64,000 nucleotides of DNA from Heptranchias perlo. Lineage: Eukaryota. The position numbers were made by a program, and so were the translations under genes. Below the pieces are notes generated by a model, which had not been told where the DNA came from, did no database searches, and saw only the letters and a program-made list of their open reading frames with translations. Of this stretch, positions 1 to 12,040 are shown piece after piece. The stretch's first letter is position 1; the number at the start of each line of letters is the position of its first letter. The stretch spans positions 33,604,001 through 33,668,000 of the forward strand of contig NC_090331.1 of the NCBI RefSeq assembly GCF_035084215.1, given 5' to 3'.

Positions 1-84
1 CACTGGCAGCTATTCCACCATGACAGGCACATCACCCACACATCTTGCAGAATACTCACTGACACACTGCCTTCTGTCTTTCAG

Positions 85-1375
85 GAGAAGGTGGCGCATA
101 ACAGCCGGCAGCAGGAGAAACCTGAGGGTGGTCGGGGACACTTACACTTCCTCCCCCCCCCAAGGAGAGACAGTGTTTCGGATCATCGGGTGGGCCACCG
201 CTGCAGCTGGAGGTCCCAATGAAGGTGGTCTCTGCATACCTAATGCTCCTTCTCTTTTCCCACATCTCCCTCCTCCCATAATCTTTTCTGACTCACGTGC
301 AGCAGATGCTGTCAACAAGCACATCTTACTTGCTCCTCTCCCCGCTCCACAATTCATCCTGTTTCCCTTTGTCATTGCAGATACCCAAGAACACGTGGCA
401 GCATTTTCCGAGGAGAAGGAGGAGTAGGACAAGGGGGACACTGAAGCCACACCGTCAATCGATCTGACACTTGCTTCCACCAGCTCAGAGACTGACACTG
501 CACATCGTTTAGAGGCTAGGTTAGAGGAGGGATCTGCATTGGGTGAGACACCAGGCACAAGTGCGCAGGAGCCGGGGTAGGGGGAATGGATACCACAGGA
601 GCCAACTCGCCAGTCAGTGAGGTCACTCACTAGTTCTGCTGCAGACGAGTCAGATGAGGACTTTGATGGGCCAGGCTACAGAAGACGGCTGATGGGCGTA
701 CACCATCAAATGCTTGGTGCACTGGAAAGTCTGCGAACAATGACAAGGGGCAAGGAGGAGTCCAGCTCCAACTTGGCACAGTGCTTTGCACCGAGCTTGG
801 AGCCCATCCTTTCCAACATGGAACGGGTGATCACCTCCATCAGCACCCCTGTGGAACCCACCATGATGCAGCACCTGATGGCCGATGTCGCGGCTTCCAT
901 TGCAGCACAAACCGATGTGATCAAAGGTCTGCAAGCTCCAGGTGCTGCTCAGACTGCTGCTATCGTGGCTCTGGGGACCACTGTGGAACGGGGCTTCCAG
1001 GGCGTATCAGCACTTCAACAATCCGTTCTCCAGCCGATCACCAGGAGTGCTGAGGCGCCGCCCCGGGAGAATGGCAGTCGCGCCATGTCAGTCAGACCTG
1101 CTGTCCTCTCTCAGGATGACAGCATTCCTACTCCCACCCCTGCCACTCTGCCAGTGCCCCTGTTGCTGTCTCTCGGCCAGCCAGGCCAGACTGCTGCAGC
1201 CCGTGCTGAGATGGCGCAGTCTGAAGCCGGGCCCTCCCGACCCAGAGCTGCTCCAGATCGTCCTCCAAGGCCATCTGCACACTCCTCCTTTGAAGACCAG
1301 CAGCCTTCCACCACCCATGTTCCAGCCACTGGGGAAGCACCTCGTAGGAGCACCAGGATAGGTAAAGGCACATGA
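85..1375 (+). pseudogene. Harbinger Myb/SANT-like partner gene, exons 2-3 (decayed)
   Basis: Acceptor TTTCAG at 84 followed by EKVAHNSRQQEKPEGG. Second acceptor ATTGCAG at 380, then an acidic stretch, SIDLTLASTSSETDT and ORF 617-1375. Homologous to the minus-strand copies at 7815-10955 and 15400-16955. In-frame stops are present. Confidence 0.7.
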
Positions 1376-1628
1376 ACAACAGGCACTAAGGGAATGCACA
1401 AGGGTGAATAGTTCTGTTCTGTTTCCATAATTTGATTTATTCACTGATAAATGTGACCTTGAAATTGCCTTTGATGTTGGTTTTTATTTGTGCAATGAGC
1501 TGAGGAGGAAACCAATGTGAAATCAGATGGAGGGCGATTTGATTGCCTTGTGGGAGCGGAAAGGTGGGAAGTGTTGTACTGTTGGTGAGTTGGGGGATGT
1601 AGTTTACATTATTGATAGTGGGCACGGA

Positions 1629-1892
1629 TCAGCGAGCACGCAGAGCCCTTGCAGACAAGGCGTGTGGTCCCTGTTGCATCCTTCCGTCTTTCTCCACTTC
1701 CTCTTCCAGCTCCTCCCCATCCTCCTCCTCAGCCTCTTTCTCTTCCTCAGCCTCCTCCTCCTCTACCTCGGGCTCAGGGTCTTCTCCGATCATTGGTGGC
1801 AAAGGTTGGTCCCTCATGATGGCGAGGTTGTGCAGCATGCAACATACCACCACAAATCTGCCCACCAGCAGCCAGAAGCAATAATCCAGCAA
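1629..1892 (-). pseudogene. Harbinger transposase C-terminal remnant
   Basis: VVVCCMLHNLAIMR followed by an acidic tract and ARALRAR, matching the end of the transposase at 14820-15066 (IIVCCVLHNIAQQR...EEEE...ARDARDSL). The catalytic core is deleted. Confidence 0.8.
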
Positions 1893-2359
1893 CTAACCGG
1901 TAATTCTTGCATGTTCTCTTTAAATAGCGCTGATGGGGGGTCCTCCAAGCATTCTAAGACACATTCAGGTGCACTGGTTCAGGCAGTACGTTGAGTTGAG
2001 CATTAAGGTACAAAATGGTGTCTATCACTTTAAATCAGTGTTGCACACTGATTACATGCATTTTCTCCTTGCTTTACATGCTTCCGGCGTTTTGTATTTT
2101 CGCATGTGCTAACTCCTGTACCAAAATGGCATCCGGCACACATCATTCTGGAAATGTGTGTGCGCATCCAAGATGCCATCTTGGATGTTCGAGAGGCCGC
2201 GTAACGTCGAAACAATGGGCGCTACACGGCCCAATTTAGCGCCCGATATCTTTAATATTAAATTGGTAGATTCAACCCATCCACTGTCTGATTGTTTCAC
2301 TAAAAGAAGTACATGTACGAAGAAACTATTAGGGGTCCTGGAGAAGGGTTGCCTCACAA

Positions 2360-2657
2360 TGTAATGTTTTGAATAGTATAAGTTGTACAGAGTAGGGATG
2401 TTTTTGACTTTTGACATTTTTGTTTGTATTGTGTCGATATAAAGTTTAATTTTTTTTGTTTAAAGAGAGAGACAGGCATCTGTTAATTGTATCCATATGA
2501 TTTATATCAATTAGTGTTAATTGTATTTAGGTGGTAGATATCGATTGAGCAATCTCTTGTATCCATTTATATGAGAGCTTATCTGGGGTGTGGAGTTGGT
2601 CATGTGGATCTCTGTGAATAAAGGCTTGGAAGCCGGGCTATCCAATTTTGTTATACA
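2360..2657 (+). mobile_element. Possible solo LTR
   Basis: Starts TGTAATG, has AATAAA at 2617-2622 and ends ...TACA; about 300 bp. No TSD found. Confidence 0.25.
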
Positions 2658-2694
2658 TTCAGTTTTAGGTCTGGCTCTGCATTAAAAAATAGAA

Positions 2695-2793
2695 GGGTAG
2701 AAATTCTGCTCTTTTTGGGGGACAGAATTATGGGACTGAATCAGCTGAACCGGGAGTTAAGGTGGAACTTGGCTCCATTGGATTTCTACCCCC
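2695..2793. mobile_element. Tiny Harbinger-type MITE (about 99 bp)
   Basis: GGGTAGAAAT at the left end and ATTTCTACCC(CC) at the right end form an exact 10-bp inverted pair. Confidence 0.55.
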
Positions 2794-2799
2794 TGAGAG

Positions 2800-2910
2800 A
2801 TTAGTGCCCTTTCGAACTAGGATACATTGGACAGAGGCTTTGATCAATTAGATGATGCCGGGATATAATTGGATAGTTTAGGCAACAAGCCACATCACAG
2901 GAAGAAGGGG
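2800..2910. repeat. Unclassified 110-bp repeat, copy 1
   Basis: Near-identical to 4924-5035 (ATTAGTGCCC.TTCGAACTAGGATA.ATTGGA.AGAGGCTTTGATCAATTAGA...GGCAACAAGCCAC). Confidence 0.85.
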
Positions 2911-3266
2911 TAGGTGCTTCTTCTGCCCACCGTCCTGTGTGCCCTGACTGCTGTTTGGGACGTGCTTGGGGCATTCCTATACTAGCCCAGGAACATCCAC
3001 AGACAGGCCCATGATAAATGTCCCCAGTGCCTGCAGAAAGCGGACCATTCTGAGGGCACCACCAAGAAAAAATCGAATGGATATAAACCCCAGAGGGATC
3101 AATTGGCATTTGATTCAGGGTCTTTCAGCGAAGGAGCAAAAACACGTAAAGTTGTTGGCCTTATTTCCCTCTGAAGTAATAGGGTGCTGCTATGATATTC
3201 CACTTGCTCTGCTGAGTGGGCACCCTGTTGCATTGCTACAGGCCTGTGCTCCCGTCCCCAATATGT

Positions 3267-3870
3267 CATAGAATCATAGAAAATAGGAGCAAGAGTCGGC
3301 CATTCGGCCCTTTGGGCCTGCTCCGCCATTCAAAATGATCATGTCTGATCGTCTAACTCAGTACCCTGTTTCCGCTTTTTCCCCATATCCCTTGATCCCT
3401 TTAGCATTAAGAAATATGTCTATCACCTTCTTGAATACATCTAATGACTTGGCCTCCACTGCCTTCTGTGGTAGAGAATTTCATAGGTTCACCACCCTCT
3501 GAGTGAGGAAATTTCTCCTCATCTCTGTTCTAGGAACATAGGAACAGGAGTAGGCTATTCAGCTCCTCCGCCATTTGATAAGATCATGGCTGATCTGTGA
3601 TCTAACTCCATATACCTGCCTTTGGCCCATATCCCTTAATACCTTTGGTTGCCAAAAAGCTATCTATCTCAGATTTAAATTTAGCATGGCATACCCCGTA
3701 TCCTGAGACTGTGACCTCTGATTATGGATTCCCCATCCATCGGGAACATCCTCCCTGCATCTAGTCTGTCTAGTCCTGTTAGAATTTTATATGTTTCGAT
3801 GAGATCACCCCTCATTCTTCTAAACTCTAGTGAATATAGGCCTAGTCGACCCAATCTCTCCCAAAATGTC
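3267..3870 (-). mobile_element. CR1 LINE 3' fragment with a nested second CR1 tail (3531-3683)
   Basis: ERLGRLGLYSLEFRRMRGDLIETYKILTGLDRLDAGRMFP, with a CATAGAAT tail. The nested tail matches 22612-22790. Confidence 0.92.
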
Positions 3871-4184
3871 AATGACCCCGTCCCCAGGATTCGGGGTGGG
3901 GTGGCCAAAGCAGCAGTCAGTAGTTATGCCCTGGTGGCACCATTAGGGTTTCTACGGTAGAGCCTGAATACTTCTTTGAATTGGTGTTGGGAATTCAAAA
4001 AGTTAATGCTGAGCTGTTAATATAAGGCAGTCTTGAGTTTGCTACTTTCTTCATTTTATCCCAGTAATGTTTAGTCAGCTGGCTCCTGGTAGAGTGAAAT
4101 AAAACAAATAAGATGTAATTGTAGAAGAGTACACTTATATTGTGCTGTGAATGTGAACTATATTGACTTAAAGATACTTTCTCC

Positions 4185-4480
4185 AGTTTTTTTATCCTCC
4201 TTTCCAGAAAATGGTGACTCTGAGGCAGGTTCTATGAATGTTAACAATTCAAAGTGACCATAGTTCCTTATGAGCCCAGACAGTAAGAATCAACAAGTTA
4301 TTTGACTGCTTAGTTCATCATAGTTGAGCCTTACGTCTTCCTCGCCTGACATCCTCAGATGTTGATTATAATCTGAGGATACTGAGATCAAATGCAGTTC
4401 CCCCACTATTAGTTCAGCTGTGATCAGCTAATTCCATACAGAGCATAGGTTGGGTCTGGTCTGCAAGGCTCAGTGCTAAC
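4185..4480 (-). mobile_element. Ancient tRNA-derived SINE relic (family not assigned)
   Basis: Shares blocks with 28100-28490 and 43900-44400 (GATCAGCTAA, GGCTCAG head region, GAGCC.AGACAG, ACTGAG...CAA). Confidence 0.5.
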
Positions 4481-4699
4481 TTTATGGTACATTTACCTGC
4501 TTGGGACTGCAAAATTTTGTTTAGGGAGCTAAAAATAATAAAGTGACAATTTTTGTTTAAATCAAAGTGTGGCATCAACAGTAACATTTATAAGATAAGT
4601 TATTGTAATATTGCAATTGTTTAAGATTATTCCAGAGATTCTCAATTGCCATTTCTAGTTATCAGAATTTTTATAAAGAATATTTACTTTATATTAATT

Positions 4700-5450
4700 T
4701 TGTACATTACAATAGAAATGCATTGGTTTCTTCTGTAATTCATATTGATCATTTGACCTTGCTGGAAAAGATTATAATTGTTTCTACATTTGGGATTGGA
4801 GAAATAATATTTCCAAAAAAGTTTAAAAGTCCATTGGAAAGGTATCCAAACTGTTCAATGGCAATATTAGAAAACACTACCAGACTGGTTAGTTCTTCAT
4901 TTCACTATTGTCACACTGACTATATTAGTGCCCATTCGAACTAGGATATATTGGATAGAGGCTTTGATCAATTAGAAGATGCTGGGATATAAATGGATAG
5001 TTTAGGCAACAAGCCACGTTGCAGATAAGATGGTCTAGATACTCAAGTAAAAAGAGTCAGGAGAATAATAAATGAGAAACTACTCATCAGATCCATTACC
5101 AATCCATGCATCACCCTCTAAAGTTATTCTCATCTTGATTCTATAAAAAATTGGTGGTTTCCAACATTGCTTTTGGTAAGGACAGGAAAAAGTATGACCC
5201 ATTTAAAACTGTTTTATTTGAGAGATGTTAGTTTGTGACATTGGTTCAACATTATTCAACATTTCTACAAAGTTTCATAGATCATATTATTTCTGAAATA
5301 CTCCATTCCACCTGAAAGTAAAATTTTGTGATATTTCAAAATAAGCATAGAATCTTCATGAGGAAACTTATACCTTCTGCCAACCCATCTATTTTGATGA
5401 CAACATTCTTGCTTCGTGGCTGATTTTCAAGTTACTCAGACATCTTTTGA
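4700..5450 (-). pseudogene. L1-clade ORF1 relic (highly decayed)
   Basis: The minus strand near 5350-5445 reads QKMSE*LENQPRSKNVVIKIDGLAEG, resembling the L1 ORF1 motif LENRSRRNNIRIxGLPEG. An FPAR motif lies near 4757-4768. Confidence 0.45.
4924..5035. repeat. Unclassified 110-bp repeat, copy 2
   Basis: Near-identical to 2800-2910; the flanks differ. Confidence 0.85.
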
Positions 5451-5868
5451 AAAACTTACTAGTTATTAAAAGTTTTAGTCCATGTGGAATAAAAAATTCA
5501 TCATTGAATTTCCAGGAAAACTAAACTGATATTTTGTGTCCAGTATTTAGTTATTTGTCAACTAACTGGAACATCGGGAATTTAGCATCTGCCAATTATT
5601 GCCTTCTGGTGTTTTCTGGAAACACAATTAATGTGAATGGTTGAATATTACCAAAATGTCATGTTTTTTGTGAACAATGATTGCTTCCTTCATTATATAG
5701 AGGTGGTAGACCATCTATATCCTGGGGGCTAAATGTAGCCTGTGGTACTTAGCAGAAATGGGTCAAATCTATACGTCACTTTGCCTCTTTTCCTGGTTTA
5801 TTTGTCTACGAGGTATTATTAGTGCCAGCATTCAGCACTCTTTCCTTTCTTTTATGGAAACATTTATT

Positions 5869-6624
5869 GGCCCAGAAATTGCTCATCTCGAGATGCCGTT
5901 CCATAATGGCGTCCTTTTGCTCCACAATGGAGTAAGTTCACGAATGCGGACATGCTCACTAAAACCTGGAAATCGTCAACTTGCTCCCATTGGTTCGCCG
6001 GCGGTTTCACAGCTGTGAATTATAGGGGCACGCTACGCTACAGTCATTGAAATCAATGAACATTCGTAAATTATCCATCTGCCCAGCTAGAACAAAAATA
6101 CTTATGCCACCAAATGGTATGCTGAAAAATACCAGCTGCACACTACTTTTTAAAAGCACGATGATTCCCAATGACTGTGAAAAAAAAAATTAAATTTTAA
6201 AAATGTGAAGTCATATTACTCTTATTTGTTGATCGTTAAAAAAAAAGTTAAAAAATTTAAAGAATTTATTTTTTTACTTTTAACTTCTGTCCGTTTCATA
6301 AATTAAATCATTTGCTTGGCATTTTATAAGATATGTCAAATTTTTATTTACATTGACATACAGAAGTTTACTTTAAATGAATGATTTCTCCTTGCCTGGT
6401 GTGGGCGTGACTTCTCTTCCTGACAGATTCTGTGGGCGTGGCTTCCATTCCCACAGTCTGTCCGCTGCGAATGAGAACCTACTCTGATTTCAGAGCGCAC
6501 AAGTTGAAAAGAATTCAAAAAGGAGCTAGTGGATGCCGCGGACCACGAAGTAAGTATTTTCGTACTTTTTATCCGTAGGCTGTGCGGAGAGCCTTGCCAC
6601 GCCGGTTGGCGCAAGTTCTGGCCC
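5869..6624 (-). mobile_element. Non-autonomous Harbinger-type element (about 756 bp)
   Basis: TIRs GGCCCAGAAATTGC / GCAAGTTCTGGCCC with TSD ATT on both sides. The internal block at about 6195-6222 is the reverse complement of a block in the elements at 40559 and 58083. Confidence 0.8.
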
Positions 6625-8713
6625 ATTATTTTGAGACAGGATTACCATAGCCTCACATAGTGCAATGAAATGGCTAATTAAAGCTATGGGTGCCACAACT
6701 TGCATTGGTCCCTTTCATTTCTGCTGTGAATGCTGAAATAACCTTACCTCTTAATAGCATTTTCTTGGTTTTCCTCACTGGGAGATAAGGGAAAGAAAGG
6801 GAATAGTGCTGAATACCTGCATTGGCAGCACCTCACTGCCAGGCAAGTCATGAGCACAGTCAAAGAGAAAGACAGAGGTCACAAATATAGTCAGAGAAAA
6901 GAGAAACAAAACGTGCTCCTAGACTTGTGCCAAAGCTGCTGTACAGCCAGCCACTTTGTAAGTGTGCATGAGCCCAGGATAATTGGCCATTCTCCTCCCT
7001 GTGGGAATGTGCTTGATCGCTGGTCAGCAGTTTCATCTAGAAGGAGCTCAAAAATGTGGGAACTGGTGAGTGCAGGCGCGTGTTTCAATATTCTTTGGCA
7101 AAATATTAGAGGATCAGTGGTGGTGCCTTTCAAAGCAGACATTGCTTCAGATTGTGGCTACAAATAAAATACTAGTGGGCAACAATGTAGCACTTTGCCC
7201 ATAATAGAGATATTCTGCTGCCTCTATTCTAAAGTGCATAAATTTAACATTTTTGATCAAGAACAATAGTCAGAATTTCAGTCTAGTAATAAGGAAAACA
7301 AAGTAATAATTGACCATCAGGGTTCTCAGATAAATCTCGTAAGTAACTGAGGCTTGCAAAAGGGAAAGGACAAGGAATATCATACAGGCAAAATGTGACT
7401 GTTTTTTGACAAATGTGAAACGTGGAGGGGGAAGTTACGATGCGTCTCACACATTTTCGGGATCCAAAACTGGTGTGACAAAGTCCAATACAGCAGTGCG
7501 ATTATCCGCGCAGAAGACCGCTGGAAGTGTACTCAATACCATATTGGTCCGTGCGCTCGATAGGCGTCCACGGCTGCTGTTTGCAACAAAGCGAAAGCAC
7601 AGTTAAATATGATGATAAGGATCCTGCGCCAGAATCATGGCCCTTTTGTTAAATCGGTGTCCGTGTGCGCTGTAAATGTCACTTCCTCAACTGGGCAAAC
7701 TGGTCCAGCTCGCTGTATAATACCAACAAGGGCAACGGTTGAAAGGCTTGCGGGGGCACAGGTGTACTCTCATTCTGCGAGAGGTCAGCGGGTGCCTCTC
7801 CCATGGAACTAATGCCAATTCTCAGGGAGCTAAACCTCAGTACTTCCAATGATCTGGGTGAGAACAGGGTGCAGGCGTCCTGGGAGGCTTTCAAAGCCCC
7901 AGTCTATGCTCTCCTTCAGGCTTTCTAAGCCAGAGGAAATGCTGGATCCCAAAGCCAAGGTGGCAGCAGTCTGAGCTTCCAATGACGCTGTCACCAGAGG
8001 CTCCATCACTGAGGGTCCCCCTGCAGTGCTCATAGAGCTGACCACTCGCATCCTTGTTTTACTGCATGGTCTCGATGCCATGTGTGAAGGCAGCACACAA
8101 GTTGAAGCTGGATACCTCCATGCTCTCTAACAATGTAGCCTAGTGTACTTAGAAGGTCTCTGTGGATTGCCATCGGTATTCGTATGTCTAGTGGACCCTC
8201 GATGTCTTCATCTGCACCATGTGCAGCAGAGCTAGGATGCAAGCTCTCCATCCAGCGAGCTACTTCCTGGGCCATCTTGTTCACCTGCCCTTGCTCCTGC
8301 GCACTAATGCCGGGAACATCTCTATATGCAGACCCCTCTAGCCCACCCGCTGCACTATGCACGGTGCCAGTCTCTGAGCTGGTGTCTGCAGGCATGAGAT
8401 CAAGAGATGGCTCCTGATGTGCAGTGCTGGCCTCTTCGTCGTCTTCTTCTTCTGCATCCTGAGGGCTTATTGGAGCTTCAGGAGCTGAAATGGAAAAAAA
8501 GGGACAAGCATTAGCATTTAGTGGCATGGGTAAGCAGAGACAGATGGTTGGCTTCTGAAAACAGCAGTGATTTGTCATGTGTAAGGATGACATTTAAGTG
8601 AGAAGGGAAGAACGGAAAGATGATTTAAACCTCTGCAGGACTTCTCCTCCAGCCTCGCTAGATGCCATGCTCCTAATGCACCCCCTGCCCACAATGTCCA
8701 TCACCCACTATTT

Positions 8714-8956
8714 GGGGGTGATTTTAAACCCCAAGAACAGGTGGTTTGGGTGCAGGAGGGAGTTAAAAATAGTTGTTTTTTTGGGACACAGCTGCAAAAT
8801 TTTTGGACCTTGCATTCCCAGTGGGAAGCCTGTACTTCTACATGCTGATGTTAAACCTGGAAATAAAGTCAGGTTGCGATCGCGACCCGAGAAACAACTA
8901 TTTTCAACTCCCACCTGGCCCCAAACCACCTGTTCTTGGGGTTTAAAATCACCCCG
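8714..8956. mobile_element. Palindromic Harbinger-type MITE
   Basis: Perfect terminal inverted repeat of about 36 bp (GGGGTGATTTTAAACCCCAAGAACAGGTGGTTTGGG) extending imperfectly to about 80 bp, flanked by TTT. Inserted in Myb exon 2. The end resembles the left end at 12539. Confidence 0.9.
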
Positions 8957-9311
8957 TTTAAGTGGAGACAGCACATGGTTGATTCGTGGCCCTCCTCTTG
9001 TGGATTTCTACTCCCTGTTGTTGTGTGCGAGCTTGGCCTGCAAGAAAGAAGGAAGTGTGTCAGTGTTAGAGCAGCAAAAAGTTTTGATGATGTGCATGTG
9101 AGGGGAGAATAGTGTTGCTCGTATGTTAAAGATGGCAGAGATCTGTGAAGGTGAAGGAAGTAATAGTGAGGAGTGTAGCAGGTGCAGAGTGTGGCAGTAG
9201 GAGCAGAAGGAGGTGGACTGAAGTGTGAAAATTGGAGGAGAGTGCTGGTAATCAGGGAGGGAAGGGTTCTGAGTGCTGGGGCAAGAGGTAGAGTAAGGCT
9301 AAGCAGAGAGT

Positions 9312-10862
9312 ATAGAATCATAGAATTAGTGAAAGGTTACAGCACAAAAGGAGGCCATTTGGCCCATTGAGTCCGCATCGGCTCTATACAATCCAGCTAG
9401 TCCCACCCCCCCCCCCCCCCCCGTCCAATCCCTGTAGCCCTGCCAATTTTTTCCTTTCAAGTACTTATCCAGTTCCCTTTTGAAGGCTATGATTGAATCT
9501 GCCTCCACCACCCCCTCGGGCAATGCATTCCAGATCCTAACCACTTGCTGTGTAAAAATGTTTTTCCTCATGTCACCTTTGGTTCTTTTGCCAATTACCT
9601 TAAATCTATGTCCTCTGTTTCTTGAACCTTCCGCCAATGGGAACAGTATCTTTCTATCTACTTTGTCTAGACCTTTCAAGATTTTGAATACCTCTATCAT
9701 ATCTCCTCACAACCTTCTCTGTTCTAAAGAGAACAACCCCAGCTTCTCCAGTCTATCTGCGTAACTAAAGCCGCTCATTCCTGGAATCATTCTAGTAAAT
9801 CTCTTCTGCACCCTCTCTAAGGCCTTCACATCTTCCCTAAAATGCGGTGCCCAGAACTGGACACAATACTCCAGTTGTGGCCGAACCAGTGTTTTACAAA
9901 GGTTCATCATGACTTCCATACTTTTGTACTCTATGCCCCTATTTATAAAGCCCAGGATCCCCTATGCTTTGTTCACCATTTTCTCAACCTGCCCTGCCAC
10001 CTTCAACGATTTGTGCACATATACCCCCAGATCTCTCTGTTCCTGAGCCCCTTTTAGTGTTGTGCCCTCTAGTTTTATTGCCTCTCCTTGTTCTTCCTAC
10101 TGAAATGTATCACTTTGCATTTTTCTGCATTAAATTTCATCTGCCACGTGTCCGCCCATGCCACCAGCCTGTCCATATCCTCTTGAAGTCTATCACTATC
10201 CTCCTCACTGTTTAATCCCTTCCAAGTTTTGTGTCGTCTGCAAATTTGGATATTGTGCCCTGTACACCCAAGTGCAAGTCATTAATATATATTAAAAAAA
10301 AGCCCGTCCAGTATTTCAACTATATCTTCCTTTACTGAGACCCTGGCAGCATCTTCCTTGGTAAAGATAGATGCAAAGTACTCATTTAGTACCCCGGCCA
10401 TCTCCTCTGCCTCCGTGAGTAGATCTCCTTTATGGTCCCTAATCGGCCCCACCCCTCTTACTACCCGTTTACTGTTTACATGCCTGTAGAAGACTTTTGG
10501 ATTCCCTTTTATGCTGGCCACCAGTCTATTCTCATACTCTCGCTTTACCCCTCTTATTTCCTTTTTCACTTCCCCTCTGACCTTTCTATATTCTGCCTGA
10601 TTCTCACTTGTGTTATCAACCTGACATCTGTCATATGCCCCTTTTTTCCGTTTTATTTTGTCATCCAGGGAGTTCTCGTTTTAATTGCCCTACCGTTCTT
10701 CCTGGTGGGAATGTGCCTAGACTGTACCCAAACCATCTCCTCTTTAAAGGCCGCCCACTGTTCAGTTTTGCCTGCCAATCTTTGATTCCAATTTACCCGG
10801 GCTAGATCTGTTCTCATCCCATTGAAATTGGCCCTCCTCCAATTGAGTATTTTTACTTTAGA
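9312..10862 (-). mobile_element. CR1 LINE with internal deletion
   Basis: RT C-terminal motifs (ISKFADD, LVRPQLEYCVQFWAPHF, EKLGLFSLEQRRL) and a TAGAATCA tail. The sequence jumps from EILDGL directly to the YINDL region at about 10300. Confidence 0.95.
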
Positions 10863-10953
10863 GTTAGTAATGAGAGGGGCTTACCTTAGTTATCCTTATG
10901 ATGTCATTAAACTTTCTTCAGCACTGCAGCCATGTCCTGGGGATGATGCTTCT

Positions 10954-11260
10954 GGTGAAAAACATGGAAAATAGCAGGATCAAGGTGACAAGAAATGAAA
11001 TAAGGAATAAAAAATAAGTCTAAGAAATATTTTAAACTATAATTGAATGGGACATGTAGACACAGCAGCTTTAATTGTTGATAGAAAAACGTGACCAAAA
11101 ATCGTGACGACAAGTTTGTGGACAGGAAGAGCGCACCTACTGGAAGATTTTCAATAATGTATAGATTATATGTAGAAACAAAATTTGATCAATATCAGGT
11201 GAAGAATGGGATTGCCAGATGATGAGATACCAACTGTGCTGTACAGCATGATTCATTTGT
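10954..11260 (+). mobile_element. Possible Gypsy LTR-retrotransposon gag relic
   Basis: PBS-like TGGTGA where the Myb exon is cut off, then scattered frames WKIF..RLYVETKFDQ..SGEE..PTVLYSM resembling a Gypsy gag N-terminus. Confidence 0.25.
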
Positions 11261-11446
11261 TGTTGGAATCATCAGACATTGTCATCTGTGAAATGCAACT
11301 GCTTTATAATGTGAGTTCTTTTGATACATTGATATCCTAGAGTTTTTTCTAGTTATTGGAGGTCAGGGACTTTTCACAGAACTTTAATTTTTTTCCTTAG
11401 GAAATTAAATAGGTTGGGTAGAATCCATGGTCAACAATTAGAGCAG

Positions 11447-11531
11447 AAAATACTTTGTAAACCTACTTAAATCAAAATACTTTGTAAACCTACTTAAATC
11501 AAAATACTTTGTAAACCTACTTAAATCAAAA
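11447..11531. repeat. Perfect tandem repeat, 3 x 27 bp
   Basis: AAAATACTTTGTAAACCTACTTAAATC occurs three times exactly. Confidence 0.97.
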
Positions 11532-11796
11532 AACAAAAAAAATGATCTTCATTCAACAATGTTTCTTCAAGAGTTTACCATTTTGTCATTGATGGCTATA
11601 TTTTATGACTGTAACTGATCTTAACTATAGCCTTGAAATAACGCTGTGAGATATTAGTGTAAGGCCACTTAAAATGTTTGTATGAATATCTTTGCCTGCT
11701 TTTATAAGAGCTATTATATTTAAATAGCCCTTATACCTCACAACAGAACTTCAAGAGCTATGTCTTTCTAAATAGCAAAATTCAACATTAACCACA

Positions 11797-12040
11797 TTAG
11801 AATATTACATAGAATTACATAGCTCAGAAACAGACCATTCGGCCCAACAGCTCCATGCCGGTGTTTATGCTCTGCACAAGCCTGCTCCCACCCTCCGTCA
11901 TCTAACCCCATCTGCATATCCTTCTATTCCTTCCTCCCTCATGTGTTTATCGAGCTTCCCCTTAAATGCATCTATGCTATTCGCCTCGACCATTCCATGT
12001 AGTAGCGAGTTCCACATTCTAACCACTCTCTGGGTGAATC
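11797..12040 (-). mobile_element. CR1 3' tail fragment
   Basis: CATAGAAT..., CCATTCGGCCC and GAGTTCCACATTCTAACCACTCTCTGGGTGAA, typical of CR1 3' ends. Confidence 0.8.

Larger units (their letters stand above)
1..2244. mobile_element. PIF/Harbinger DNA transposon derivative (left part lies outside the window)
   Basis: Contains a spliced Myb/SANT-partner gene on + and the transposase C-terminus on -. Ends in TIR CCAATTTAGCGCCC (2231-2244). 2015-2244 is the diverged reverse complement of the end of the element at 46470. Confidence 0.8.
7815..10955 (-). pseudogene. Harbinger Myb/SANT-like gene, three exons, interrupted by a MITE and a CR1
   Basis: Exon 1 remnant 10885-10955 reads RSIIPRTWLQC*RKFNDIIRITK with a GTAAG donor. 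Exon 2 begins AKLAHNNRE near 9037. Exon 3 is in ORF 8030-8593 (EEEDDEE...SLDLMPADTSSETGT). Confidence 0.75.

Noticed and set aside
617-1375. 252-aa ORF as a host gene
   Set aside because: It lies inside a Harbinger element, follows an upstream part with stops, and has decayed paralogues in other elements; it is the Myb-partner last exon.
4723-5280. Endogenous viral ORF on the plus strand
   Set aside because: Many stops and no viral motif; better explained by a minus-strand L1 ORF1 relic plus an inserted repeat.
9480-10785. Plus-strand ORFs over CR1 (and similar antisense ORFs elsewhere)
   Set aside because: They are antisense shadows of CR1 ORF2 that recur in every copy, not independent genes.
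11447-11531. CRISPR-like array
   Set aside because: The units are directly adjacent with no spacers, and the context is eukaryotic.
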